Origin: Macrostomum lignano
Lineage: Eukaryota
Assembly: GCA_002269645.1 (NCBI GenBank)
Contig: NIVC01000020.1
Coordinates: forward strand, 992,001-1,056,000
Direction of reading: 5' to 3'
Length of the DNA: 64,000 nucleotides
Shown: positions 36,801-52,200 of the stretch, piece after piece
Layout of the letters: every line of letters starts with the position of its first letter
How positions within the stretch are numbered: the first letter of the stretch is position 1
Made by a program: the position numbers and the translations under genes
The notes under the pieces: model-generated
What the model was told of the DNA's origin: nothing
The model's input: only the letters and a program-made list of their open reading frames with translations
Database searches by the model: none

Positions 36801-36945
36801 TGGGAATTTAAAAGGAATTTATGCTACCAAGGCAAGGTTTCTTTTATACAAAGCTTCAAGCTATTAAAATGAAAATCTTACCAAGATTCTCTTCTTTTAA
36901 CTCCAATTTTTCTATTATCCAATCCAAGGTCAAAGAGAGTGTCAT
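30848..36945 (-). CDS. CEP72: Centrosomal protein 72-like (N-terminal LRR, C-terminal coiled coil); exons 36945-36882, 36464-36337, 35784-35592, 35135-35024, 34520-34207, 32777-31903, 31249-30848
   Basis: Spliced N-terminus reads SLSLPGRYDEKISVLGSSL..LKNLDLSRNAL..LESLNLYYNCI..DLRLNPV..EPDYRLYL..DDRSVAETERNSALLHF, matching the CEP72 LRR region as recalled. All six introns are GT-AG with compatible phases (1,0,1,2,1,0). Confidence 0.9.
31270..31870. repeat. Intronic minisatellite, 20-bp unit (CEP72 last intron)
   Basis: Unit GTTGACTGGGAGTAGAGTAG. Confidence 0.95.
33135..34152. repeat. Intronic minisatellite, 25-bp unit (CEP72 intron 5)
   Basis: Unit GGGAGGCTGCAGATGGCGGAGGACA; source of many overlapping periodic ORFs. 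Confidence 0.95.
34690..35000. repeat. Intronic minisatellite, 24-bp unit (CEP72 intron 4)
   Basis: Unit CCGGTTCCCCACCAATCTCACAAC. Confidence 0.92.
35295..35425. repeat. Degenerate tandem repeat, unit about 27 bp (CEP72 intron 3)
   Basis: Recurrent GGATTATCAAG.TGAGATT blocks. Confidence 0.8.
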
Positions 36946-39725
36946 ATTAAAGATTCAATCTGAAGCCTGGCGCCTTTTGTCTGGTTAGAGAATTGCTTTT
37001 ACACGAAAACGTTGACTGACATTAATGGATCGATAGACAACGTTCGGAATGTCTATGTACATTAGTTTTACATTATGCACATACCTCACGAGTATACCTT
37101 ATGAGCATATTTTTAATAAATATTATGCTTTATCCTTAAAGCATCCCAGCAGAAATTTTACAAAACCTTTTGCAAGAAAAAAATCTAAACGTTGTTTGGC
37201 TAGTATTAGTTTTCCGGTGTGCAGTTCGTCAATTGGACATTGGACACTTCAGTCAAAGTTTTGACTTTCGAAAAAATAGAAAAAATAAAAACAGAAGCAT
37301 TTTGTGGGACATTTATTCACATTCTTCACAGCGATGAACCATTTCCTGAAGTTAGTTTTATACTACCGTAGAAGGCTGCAGATTCAGTTTTTGCCGCAAG
37401 TTTTGATTCAAGGATGACGTACGTACTAAAAAAGGACACGACAATCGCATTTTCAGGAAGGGAGCCACTATTATAAGGCCGGTTTTCGATAAAAAATACA
37501 CTAGCAAGAATATAATGCTTGATTGACAATTTGATGCAATTATCAGGAAAATATTTTTTGATCATCACATGATTGCACACAGCTTTATCTTTTAATTTTG
37601 TAGTGGAGCCACAACATGTACAATCATGTACAATGTAGTGGCTCCGCTTATTGTAACATGTACAATAAAAATTATTGACTAAAAGTCATCTTCGAAGCTT
37701 GCACAAGATGACTTTTAGTCAAATTTTAGTCGAAATTTTTTATTTGGGGTATTAGAACTACTGTTTGGTGTCTCACTAGTCAGCAGGTCCCGTGCCCTAG
37801 CTCTGAGCTGTCGCCAGCTGCCGCTGGTGCACAGCTCACCTTTTTTTGCTCTCTGTTCCTGTTCCCACCCTGTTTTCCCTGCATGTCCTCAGCTCTGAAC
37901 CTGGCGGGTGCCCGCGCACGAAGAGGCGAAACGAGCTGCGGACCTTCTTCCTCTGGTATCGTCAACGTACCTCCGCGGCCGCAAAGGGACGATATGTCAT
38001 TGCCCATGGAGAGGCTGCGCTGATATGCAGAGGACAGCTCTTTTAACACCAGCCCCATCACCATCGACGATCGGTGTTCCAACTTACAAAGAAGACGCCA
38101 GACAACAAGGCTACTGGGCCCGAAAATGTGTTCGTCTAGGTGCTGCGCTTCCCGCAGAAGGTCGCGTTGGGAGTCACGCGATCGTGATGAACTGCGTGCT
38201 AGCTGGGAGCGGACTGCGCATATCGTCGGGATCCCAAAGAAACCAGGCTCCGTCAAGATCGAAGAGTATCTCAGGATCTCACTATAACTGATGTCCTGCA
38301 CGGCTCACGCAAGTTGTTGAACAGGGTTCTGCTGTAGCAGTCTGCTGCTGGACGTCGTAGAACAATTGCAGACGACACCCCGAGAAGCGACTCTCCGTCC
38401 TAGCGTACGCGGACAAACCAAGCGCTGCACAAGCTGTCTAGCTCTCAGCTTAAGGAACTCAACGACTGCTAGACCTGGCTGCTTCTAAGAGACGCTGAGT
38501 TCTCTGACCCTCGCGGACTCGCTGTTCTTTTTGACAGCATCCTATATCAATTGGTTAGTCCATGTTGTTTTTGTTTTTAAGGGATTAACAATATTGCATA
38601 AGACCACAAAAAAGTTTGCCTGCGCTGTCACAGTGGCGGATCCAGAGGTGAGCAAAGAGAGCATTGCGGGCAATTTTTCGCTACATCATTTTAGCATTTT
38701 AACAAAGAACTTTATTATTTAGTTGATACGAGCTATGATGATAAATATTTTTAGAGGGCGCTTAGTAATAGACACATGAAATTCAATTTGTCTTAAGGTT
38801 GGCCAACCCGCAAAAATATTCAGGATCGTTCCACAAGGGCTATACTTAAGAAAAACCACTTAATAAACTATACTTAAGTCGTCCTATTCCGCACAGTGCA
38901 GTACGGATATACTCAGTCAGACTTATACTAATACGTTATCGTTAGGTGGACAACTCTTTTAGGATCGTTAACGGTAATGTGCCAATGTTATTAAAGTATA
39001 AAAAATAAAAAGTACTGATTTTAATATTTATAATCTATTAAAAATATTGTATGGTGGCTGATTAATTCGCATTGTTAGTATAGTTTGTTTTAACGACAAA
39101 AATTCGTAGTGCTTGCTGTCCACTATTCACGAACTAATTCAATTGGTGTTTTTTATTTAGTTGTATCATTCTAGCTTACGCTATAGGGTGACTACTCCTG
39201 CGTATTTTGTTGGATGGAAACTGGTTACGTCGTTCACTTACTCTAAAAATATATGTATCGATGTTTGAATGTTTGCGAAAAGTTACATCACTTTTGGATT
39301 TAATAGGCCTAATAAACTGATTTTGCAGAAAGCTATATTCAAACATTTGCAGTGACGTTTCTTTTTTGTAATGTAGGCCTAGGCCCTAAGTAATGATTCA
39401 TTTGATCATAACTTATTAGTAGTAATTATTTAATTTCATGTATAAGCACAGTATATAATTTTCATTATTTTAAAAGAAAGTATTCTGTAACTCTGTACTA
39501 TAAGGCAAGTGCAAAAGCAAATAATTGCAGTTGCAGGTCATTTTGCTTTTGGTAACAGGTTCTTCAGTAACAGATAACTAATGCAAGGGGAGCTCTTTAG
39601 TCCCTTAAAATTGAGCAATGCCTTATATATATTGTGTTGTTAGGATACTAGTGGCTAAATTTGGAATAATATAGCCCTAAGTTATATGTATAGGTATAAA
39701 GGTGTAAATTTAATAATATTTTTAT

Positions 39726-40317
39726 GGCAGTGCTCATCCCCACGGTACCGTAGGAATAATTTCTGTCTTATTCCAACGGTACCGTGGGGATAATTTTCTG
39801 TTTATCCGCACGGCACACTGACGAGATAGCTGCCTATCTTCTACATATGACGTGGGTTCATAATTTAGTTTAGTACTTACGGTTTGAGTGCAATATAACA
39901 ACATAACTTTGCTTGGCTATTATTTTGATAGAAGTAAAGATTTAATGGCCTTTTTACGCAAAAAAACACTTTTTTGTATTTATGACGTATGATTTAAGAT
40001 GAATTGCTCTAGTAATTGTTTACAATTTAAGAACTTTTAGCAACTAGTCTAATCCAGACATCCCCTAAAAGTCCATTGCCGCTGCTTCTGTAGACTTCTT
40101 ACTAGACATGTAAATTCTCAATTTGTTTGTATAGATTATTGCATTGCTTTAACAATTCACCCGTGCGGATAAGCAGAAAATTATTCCCACGGCATATGTA
40201 GAAGATGGGGCAGCTATCTCGTCAATGTGCCATGCGGATAAGCAGTAAATTATCCCCACGGTACCGTTGGAATAAGACAGAAATTATTCCTACGGTACCG
40301 TGGGGATAAGCACTGCC
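39726..40317. mobile_element. MITE, 592 bp, with about 125-bp TIRs and a 3-bp TAT duplication
   Basis: GGCAGTGCT...AGCACTGCC termini and long matching inverted arms with repeated CACGGTACCGT palindromes; TAT on both sides. Confidence 0.85.
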
Positions 40318-40333
40318 TATTTTTATTATTATA

Positions 40334-43227
40334 CAAGCTGTTGAAACCCGCGGATTTTGAACCCAGGGAACTCCATTCCCCGGAATTATTTTTGCATGTA
40401 TTCTAGGGTCTGAGGTAGAACTCAAACAAAAACTTGTTCCCTTGTTAATAGTTAGGATAGAGTTAAACATAAAATAGTATACATTCATGTAAAATTAGGA
40501 TTTGAGGCAAACATTGATATTGTTGGCTGGGGTGCTGCGCAGAATGTCAGGCAAACTCTGGCCTCTACGTACCTCTGCCTCTCCCTATGTCCTTTGCATC
40601 CTTTGAAACTTCCATCTTCTTTTCCGTTTCCTATCTTCTCTCTCGTCTCTTCTCTCTCTCCCCTCTTATCTCTTCTTTCTTCTCTCCTCTCTCGTCTCTT
40701 CCCTCTCCCCTCTATTCTTTTCTCTCTCTTCTCCTCTCTTCGCTCTGGTCTCTGGTCTCTCATATCTCCTTTCTCCTGTTTTATCTTTTCTCATTTCTTT
40801 CTGCTCTCTACTCTCTCTTCCCTCTGCTCTCTGCTCTCTCTTCCCTCACCTCTCTTCTCACTCCTTACTCTACCCTCTCTCAACACTTTCCTTATCTCTA
40901 CTTTCTCCTTTTTCCTCTCTTCTCTCAACTCTTTCCTCTCCTCTGTCCACTCTCTCCTCTCATCTCTCTGCTCTCTCCTATCCTATCTCTCTTCTCTCCC
41001 CTCTTTCCTCTCCTCCCTCGTCCTTTTCACCAATTTCCCCTGTCCTCTCGATTCTCTCCCTTCCCCTCCTCTCTCCTCACTCACTTCTCATCTCTCCCTT
41101 GTCTACACCTCTCATCCCTTATTTCTTATCTCTCCTCTTTTCTCTCTACTCTCCCATCTCTCGTCTGTTCACTCTCGTTTCTGCTCTCTCATCTCCCCTC
41201 TCTTATCTGTCATCTTTACTCTCATATGTTCTCTCACCTCTCTCCCCTTATACTCCTCTCTTTCCCCTTTTTGACTCAGGAGGACTCGATCCTTTCTTCT
41301 TTCTTCTCCTCTCTTCTCTTCTCTCTTCTATACTCTCTCCCTCTCTTGTCTTCTCTCTTCTCTCTCACTCTCCTCTCTCCTCTCTTATATCGTCTGTTCA
41401 CTCTCATCTTTGCTCTCTCATTCCCCTCTCTCTTCTGTCATCTCTACTCTCCTCTCTACTGTGTACTATTCTCTTTCCCCTCTTCTGACTTCTTTCTTTC
41501 CTTACTCCTCTCTTCTCTTCCCTCTTCTATACTCTCTCCCCTCTATTCTCTTTTCTTGTCTCTCCGCACTCTGCTCTCTCTTCCTTCATCTCTCATCTCT
41601 ACTCTACTCTCTCATATTTCCTTTCATCTCACTCATCTCTACAATCTCATCTCTTTCTTCTCTCCTCCTCTTCCCTTTACTCTATCATCTCTCCTTTGTC
41701 CTCTCTTCTTTCTCAACTCTCTCTCTTCTCACTCGTCTTTCCCCCTCTTATCTCCTCTCCTCTCTCCTTTCTAATCCCCCTCTCAAAACTCTCATCTCCT
41801 CTTTGTTCTCTCATCTCACTCTTCTCTACTCTCCTCTCTCATTGATCCTCTGTCTCATCTCTCCCCTCTTCTCTCTCCATCTTCTCACCTCTACTATTTC
41901 CTCTCCCTTCTCTCTCCCCTCCTCTCGCTTCTTCGTCCCATATTCTCTGCTCTCTCCTCAACCTCCTCGTACGTCTCTCCTGTTATCTTCTATCTTTCCT
42001 TTTATCCCCTCTCACCCCTCCTCCCTTTCTAATAGTCTATTCCTTTTCCTTTTCACTCTCATCTGGCCCGTAGCCATGAGCTGGATTCTTTATCTGGCCT
42101 TTGAGATAAAAATCTGCCGAACCCTGCTTCGAAAGCCAGTTTTTGTGGCGTAGTACTATCATGGTTGTTATCATTTCTCATGCTTTAATCACGTCATCTT
42201 TCTGGTCAATTAGCACTTAGCAGCCCTGAGAGAAATTTGTATATCTCCAGCTCCACCACCACAGTCTGCAGCAGTCTAACAACTAAGGAAATACGCATTT
42301 CTTAGGAGGCCATTTATTTTAAAGTAACCTTATGCGAATCTTAATGTTTAAATTTTCATGGTGTAACTAATTTAGTAGGATTGCATTGTAATCAGTTATT
42401 CATTAATTTTTCGTTATCACACATCGCCTTGATTTGCCATCCTTGTTTAACTGCTGCAGACTTGTCTATACAGAGGACAGTAGTTTGAATCTCTCGCTAA
42501 ACTGTCTCTCCTCTCTACGCCTCTAGCTCTCCACTCGCGGGGTACAGAGAAGGCTATTAAAAAGTTATTCCAAAACACTGTACATTCGCTAAGTACATTG
42601 AGCCCTATTGCCTCACCCTTTGTCTGGGCTGGAGGAATGAGTGAGTGAGCGGCACAAACAACAGAAAAAGCAGACAAACTTCACATGCTTACAGTTTCTT
42701 TTCGGTTGAGTTACAGAGTTGAAACTTTACATTTAGATAGAGAATGAGTCAATGAAGAATTGTGTCAAGTTTGAAGTCAATCGCTTTACGTGGAGCAAAC
42801 TTATGGCAGCTGAAAGTTAGTCAATTTTGAAACCCTTTTACACATCTGGGCCCAGATCGGGAAAGAGAGGCAGGCGGGCGGAGGTTGGGGTGGTTGCTAC
42901 GCTGAAAAAAACAGCCTAACTTTAAAAGCGCACAGCACCGCTCAGGACTAACTTTGATACTCGAAATTTTACATGATTGTGCCAAAATAGTTAAAGATTA
43001 TCTGTGTCAAATTTGAAGAGAATCGGTAGAAGTGGAGCGGCGCTATGGAGGATTTAGTGAAAAAATCGCGCATTTTGAGCAGTTTTTTGTACTTTTAGGT
43101 AGGAAGACTTGAGTCTAGGAAATTAAAAGGTAGCCTAAGACATTCTCCGTAGTAAGTTTAGGGTGGGTGTAAAGTTTGGTGTCATTTGGTTGAGCGGTTT
43201 GGGAGTCCATAGCGAAGTAATTTGTCC

Positions 43228-43260
<33 letters not shown>

Positions 43261-43283
43261 GTTTTGATTTTTATATGTAGAGA
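40334..43283 (-). mobile_element. Non-autonomous Helitron-like element, copy A
   Basis: Minus strand starts A|TCTCTACATATAAAAATCAAAACTC(TGTC)n and ends with a GC-rich imperfect hairpin then CAACAGCTTG|T. Large internal GA/CT low-complexity tract. Homologous along its length to 44356-47273. Confidence 0.75.
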
Positions 43284-44355
43284 TTTCTTGTTTTAGTCTT
43301 GGTGTATAATAAGAGATAAGGTTTTAATATTACTAATATTCCTTATATCAAGTAACTATGTTATATTGAAAAAGCTATTAAATCATATGTATAACTTTAA
43401 TAAAAATAAATGTTAAAAATTTATTAACAATTAATTAAGATAATAATAATAATGAACTAATCAAAAGTGAACATTTTTGAAAAACAAATAAAAAATTAAA
43501 TATAAACATGCATAAAAATTAAGGTTCTCTACTCTATTATAGCCAAGGTTAAAACTATGCCAGATACCCTTTTTTAAGTTTTTTCTTATGCTAACACATT
43601 ATTTATAAAAATATTAGATTGCTGATAACCAATTTGCAATTTTCATTAAACATAGTTTATAATAATGGCCATTGGCTATAATATAGTTTAGGTCTATAGG
43701 CTATAGTAGTAAAGCAGTAAATAAATTGAATATCTTTATAATAAAACTTTAAAATTCTATAATAGGCCTATATTATATAAAATAAAATTAATAAGAAAAG
43801 TCCTAAATTAAAATAATAGTCTAAATATATTAAATACTGTATTAAAGTTGTTTTTTGTCTATATTGGTAGATAGTTGGAACTGATAGTAGAAATATATAT
43901 AGTTAAGTAATTCTAATTATGATTATATAATGATGTTATAAATATTGATTGTGTTATTAAAAATAAAATAAATTTCTTTGCTGTCTATTGATATCTCTAT
44001 ATTCATAACTATAATTATAATATAATATAACTTATAACATATAATATAATAAGCCCTATACTATATTAAAAGCAAGATAAATTAGATAACCACCAATTTT
44101 ATTTTAGTTTTATTATAACTAACCTAGGCTTTTTCTAATGGCAAAGCAAACCAAGAACTATATACTTATATTGAAAAAAGTAAATCTAATAAAATAATAG
44201 GCTTAAGGATTATTAGATAACTATTTGCTAGATTCTTTGTAATTGTAATCTTGAAATTTGAAATTTTTAAATGAAATAAAATGAAATAAATTTTGATTAA
44301 ATCAAACTTGACTATATATTTAAAAAAAGCCAAATTAATTATCAAATATTTCAAT

Positions 44356-47273
<2,918 letters not shown>

Positions 47274-49169
47274 TAAAAATTAAAAATATATATATTTTGG
47301 TTTATGAATTAAGTTATTTCTATTATATTTTTATATTCATAATTTATTATATTTGATACTTAGTATATAAGTTTTAAAAGTAAAAATATGTATATTTATA
47401 TAATATTTTAAAGCTTTATACTGTTTATCTTGAAGAAATGTTTTCAAAAAATAAGATAAACTCACCAAAGTTTTTCATTTCTTCCTACTCTAGACTTCCT
47501 TAGTCTAAATCCTATCCCATTCTAAATTGTAAATACCTTGGTTGTTTTTTTAATGTAGCTTAAAATGAAATTTAATAGCTAAAACTTTTTTATTTTAGAG
47601 TTTAGGTTTATTATAACTTTTGTATTTATATTTACTTAAAGTGTAGTAAAAATGCAAGCATTAACATCTTCTAATAAGCAATATACTTTGCCTCATGTTA
47701 GGCATTTTTAGGCTCTCTTTAAAGAATTAGAAATATATTAATCTATCTATACCTAAAAAAACTAAAAATCCATGTTTAATGTCTGTCTATCTATGTAGAA
47801 ATTACTTTGCTATAGACTCCCAAACTGTTCAACCAAATTTTGTATCCATTCTAAATTCACTACAGAATGTGTTATAGGCTACCTTCATCATCATTCATCA
47901 ATATACTAAATCTCTAAGCTATGTCTGTCTGACTAGTATTTCAGTCTATAGCCTGAATGCCTAAACCAATTTATTTTAAACTTGCTTTATTTAATTGCAA
48001 ATTCCTATGAAATTGTGTAGATCAAATTGCATTGAAAAATCTAAATGGGAAGATGGTTAAATATTTGAAAAATGAATTTTCCCAATGCTTTCAATAGGCA
48101 GCTAGAAAAGGTCAAAATCTTGACTGACTGAATTCAATCCCAATTGAGATTGTGCCATAACTTTTCTCTTTACTATGTAGTATAGGCCTCAAAACTAGCT
48201 GCCATGTGCAAGGGTAAATAATGCTTAGTGGCTGTGTGTATATTCTAACCCTGATTAATTGATGGACTACATTGATAATTCTTAGCTATTTATAGATTTC
48301 ACGCAACTGTACATTGGCTCTGTTTGCACACTGAACAGCCTATCACTGTTATGTATTTTATTGCAGTGCCAAAGCATATATGGCTGATTTTATTTCCTTC
48401 CCATCGATAGGCAGAGTAGCTGCACTATAAACATTAGGCTAAGCAAAAAGTTCCAGGTTCAAGTCCTGACTCTAGTAGATAATTAAAATTGAATTTATTC
48501 ATGCCTCAACCAACTGAAACATTTTTTCATTAATTAGCTAAGCAGAGTTTATGAATTATTTTGGCTAATTGCCACAAGTTGCTAAGCAAAATTCTATTTG
48601 TAAAAAAACTGCCTTAATTATTACTGATCACATCAATGGGTATTGCCTAGCTCTATGAAAGTATAAAATTGCTGCTAAACTGCTGAAGGCATTGCTAAAT
48701 GCTATGTTGTGGGAAATTGCTGCTGAGCAGATTGCTAAAGAGATAAATGAGAATTTCTTCCAGATTTATGAATATATTGCTACAAACTGCTAGAGGAAAG
48801 GTAACTGCAGACTACTTGGAGGATAATAGTAGACTTCTGTGGAGGATAAATAACTATAGAGTTTTGAAGGATTTTTTAACTATGGAGGATTAAATGCAGG
48901 TTGCTAAGAGGATTATTGCCAACTGCAAAACATTTTTTTTAGTTTGCTGTAGGAACAATTCTAGGCCACTAAGGGGATAAAGACTTCATGCTAATGAAAG
49001 TTGTAGACTAAAAAGAAGATGATTGCAGGCTTCTAAGAGTATGTCTATAGTCTATTTTAGGGGAATAAAGGGGATAATTTTAGGCTGCGGTGGGGATAAT
49101 TGCAAATTGGGGGTTAGTTAATTTCAACTTCTAAGGCAATAATAATAGCCTAATGGCAGTTTGGGAGTA

Positions 49170-49340
49170 GAGCTAATCTGAAAAAGTGGAGCTAATCTAA
49201 AGGAGTGGAGCTAATCTAAAGGAGTGGAGCTAATCTGGGGGTGGAACTAATCTGAAAAGGTGGAACTAATCTGAAAGAGTGGAACTAATCTGAAGGAATG
49301 GAGCTTATCTGAAGGAGTGGTGCTAATCAGGATGGCAATG
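49170..49340. repeat. Degenerate 20-bp tandem repeat
   Basis: GTGGAGCTAATCT(A/G)AAGGA recurrences. Confidence 0.8.
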
Positions 49341-50789
49341 GTACTAATCAGGGTGGCAGTGGTACTAAACTGGGGAGAGTAAATCAACTCTAATGGTAGT
49401 CCTTGTGCTAGGTTTATCGCCAATTATTGCAAAATGTAATATAATACATAAAACTAATAATTTAATACTAATAATAATACATAATTAGACTAACTATAAA
49501 TTAATTGACATTTCAAAGTTATAAACCTCTAAGATTTTTTTAGTCTCAGTATAAATTGCTTAAAGATTTGCTATTGCAGAACTGCTTGGAGATTAGTGTC
49601 ATTTGTTTAGCAACTATATAAAACTGCTTATAGACCAATGCTTAAATGCTAAAAAGCCACCTAGAAGGGGGCTAAATGGCTAGTAAAATTTCCTAAATTT
49701 AAGTCTTCATACCTTGTAGTGCAAAAACTTAGCTGTTTTTTTGTTAGCAAAGCAACTATCCCAACCTTTGCCCACTTGCCTCTTTTCCAATCTAGGCCTA
49801 GGTGTATAAAAAAGGTTGTAAAATTGGCTAACTTTTGGCTGCTAAAAGTTTGCTCCATATAAAAGAATAGACTTCAAACTTCACAATTTATTATTGACAT
49901 TCTTTGTCTAAATGTAAAGTTTCAACTTTGTAACTCAATCAGAATAGAAACTATAAGCATTTTAAGTTAGTCTGCTTTTTCTGTTGTTTGTGCCATCCAC
50001 TTATTCCCCTAAAGCCAGACCAAAGGTTAGGCCATAGGACTGAATATATATATCAAATGTAGAATGTTCTAGAATAACTTTATTTATAGCCTATGCACCC
50101 AATAGAGAGGCTATTTAGCCATAATTGTTTAGTGAGAAAAATCTAACCATTGCCTTCTATAGGTAAATTCCACAGCAGTTAAACTTTGCAAATCAAGGAA
50201 ATTTAGCATGGTTTGTAAAAGCAAAATATTTATAAAAAGGTAATGCAATGCAATATAAACCTATTAAATTAGTCATACCATACAAATTGTAAGTTTCTCT
50301 TAAGGTACTTTAAAATTTAAATGGCCTCTTAAGAAATGTGCATTTCCTTGTTTGTTAGACTGATGCAGACTGCAGTGGAGCTGAAAATACACAAATTCCT
50401 TTCAAGGCAAGAAAAATTGGCAAGAAAGATGACATAATCAAAGTATGAAAACAACCATAAGAGTATTAGGTCCTACAAACTGGCTTTCCAACCAGAGATA
50501 GGCAGACTTTTACCTCAAAGGCCAGTTAAAGAATCTAGCTCATGGCTAAAAAACAGATGAACAGAAAGAAAAAAGAATAGATGATTCAAAGAAAGAGAGA
50601 AGATAAGAGAAATAAGGGGGTGAGGACAATGAGAGAAAGGGAGGGAGAAGAAGGGGAGTGGAGAAGCAAGATGAGAGAGATGAGATAAGATAAGAGATAA
50701 GGTAAGATACGAGAGGGAAGAGAGGAGAAAAGAGAAAAAAAATGAGAATAGAGATAAAAGAGAAGGGTAGATAAATAAAGGTAAATATC

Positions 50790-52200
50790 AACATGAAGTA
50801 TTATTTGAGTTGCCGATGCATTTCGTCCATTTGCATTAGGACATCGTCAGGGTCTTTTTATTGAGAAACAATTTGAACGAATATTCAGTATATATAGATA
50901 GTTGAGAGTAACAAGAGTAGTTGAATTGAGTTTTTAATTGATGGTTTAAAACTTGTACATAGTAATCAATTTTTGATACAGTATTGGTTGGGTAAAGTGC
51001 ATATCAGTTTCAAGCCAGTCCGGTCATTGACAAATCAGCTAAAAAATTCTGAGTTGACGGCTAGCCCCACCCATCGCAAGTTGGTTATTTAACGTGGGCT
51101 GTTTGGTCTTAATGTACAGGGCTTCTAATAGGCAGAGCATGTGATCTCTATTACAAAAATCAATAGCCTTTATCATTTCGTGTGGTTCAGCCTCACAACA
51201 AGAATTGCAGGTTAGTAGGTGTTCGTTAATAGCAGAGTTTTTTAGCCAGTGCTCTCTGACCCTCGTGTATAAGTGTCGTTTAGTTTTTCCTATGTAGGAG
51301 ATGCTCTGGTCCTCAGAGCAAACAAATTTATACACGACACCAGCCGCAAGAGGACGTGGAACACTGGATTTCAACTTGCAGACAAACTTAGCAATCTTTT
51401 CGGTGCGAAACACAACACGGATTTGAGTGTTTAAGTCTTTACGGAGCAGCTTTTCTAACTTCTTTTTAAACTCTATAGAACAAACACCAAAGTAAGGCAA
51501 AGTGATCAAGGGACATTCAGAGGTGGAATCACGAACTTTCATCCGATTAGGTTCAGTCAGTTTGTCATTGAGAAAAGAGTTGACAATTTTCATCACAAAG
51601 TTCTTAGGATAGCCATTGTAGCTGAGCAGATTGGTGAGGATTTCAAATTCATTGTGGAAAAGTCTCCAAGAGCTGCAAGTGGAAAAAGCCCGGTGAAGAA
51701 AGCAACGAATCAATCCGGTTTTCCATTGTCTAGGGCACAAGGCGTCAAACCTAAGCATAAGCCCGGTAAAGCTAGGTTTCCTATACATGCTGGTCGAAAT
51801 AGTTTCATCGGTGGCGTCAACGTCAATGTCTAAGAAAGGAAGTCTTCTGCCTCCCCCCTCCGCCGTGAATTTGATATTCTCATGAGTAGAATTGATTAAC
51901 TTAAAAAACTCGTCCTTCTTAGCTTCGTCCTCAAAGATCGCAAACGTGTCATCGACGTTGCGTTTGTAGAAGTGAGGCGCACAAGGGAGGACCATCCAGT
52001 CCTTCTCCCAGTGGGCCATGCATAAATTAGCGAGGGTTGGGGCGAGAGGGCTGCCCATGGCACACCCATCAATCTGTCTGTAATATTTGTCCCGAAAAAG
52101 AAAGATGCCGGAGGTGGCAAATTTGAGCATCTTCTTAAAAGTGGCTTTGGAGAAAGGAGGTGGATCGGTTTTTTCATACACAAGATCAGCAGCCAGCTCA
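50790..52200 (-). mobile_element. 5'-truncated Penelope-like retroelement (RT + GIY-YIG endonuclease) with 3' pLTR-like region
   Basis: RT motifs YRQIDGCAMGSPLAP, KRNVDDTF, LPFLDI, YRKP, followed by the GIY-YIG-type block VVYKFVC..YIGKTKRHLYTRVREH..LEALYIK...PTLN. ORF stop at 51039. Confidence 0.93.
50811..50854 (-). ncRNA. Minimal type-I hammerhead ribozyme motif in the Penelope-like 3' region
   Basis: Minus strand GACC-CTGACGA-T-GTCC-TAATGCAAAT-GGAC-GAA-ATGCAT-C-GG: core CUGANGA, 4-bp stem II, GAAA, palindromic stem III and an AUC cleavage triplet. Stem I is only 2 bp by eye. Confidence 0.68.

Noticed and set aside
38631-38648. CAGTGGCGGATCCAG, resembling a hAT-type terminal repeat
   Set aside because: No matching inverted end or TSD found by eye in the window.
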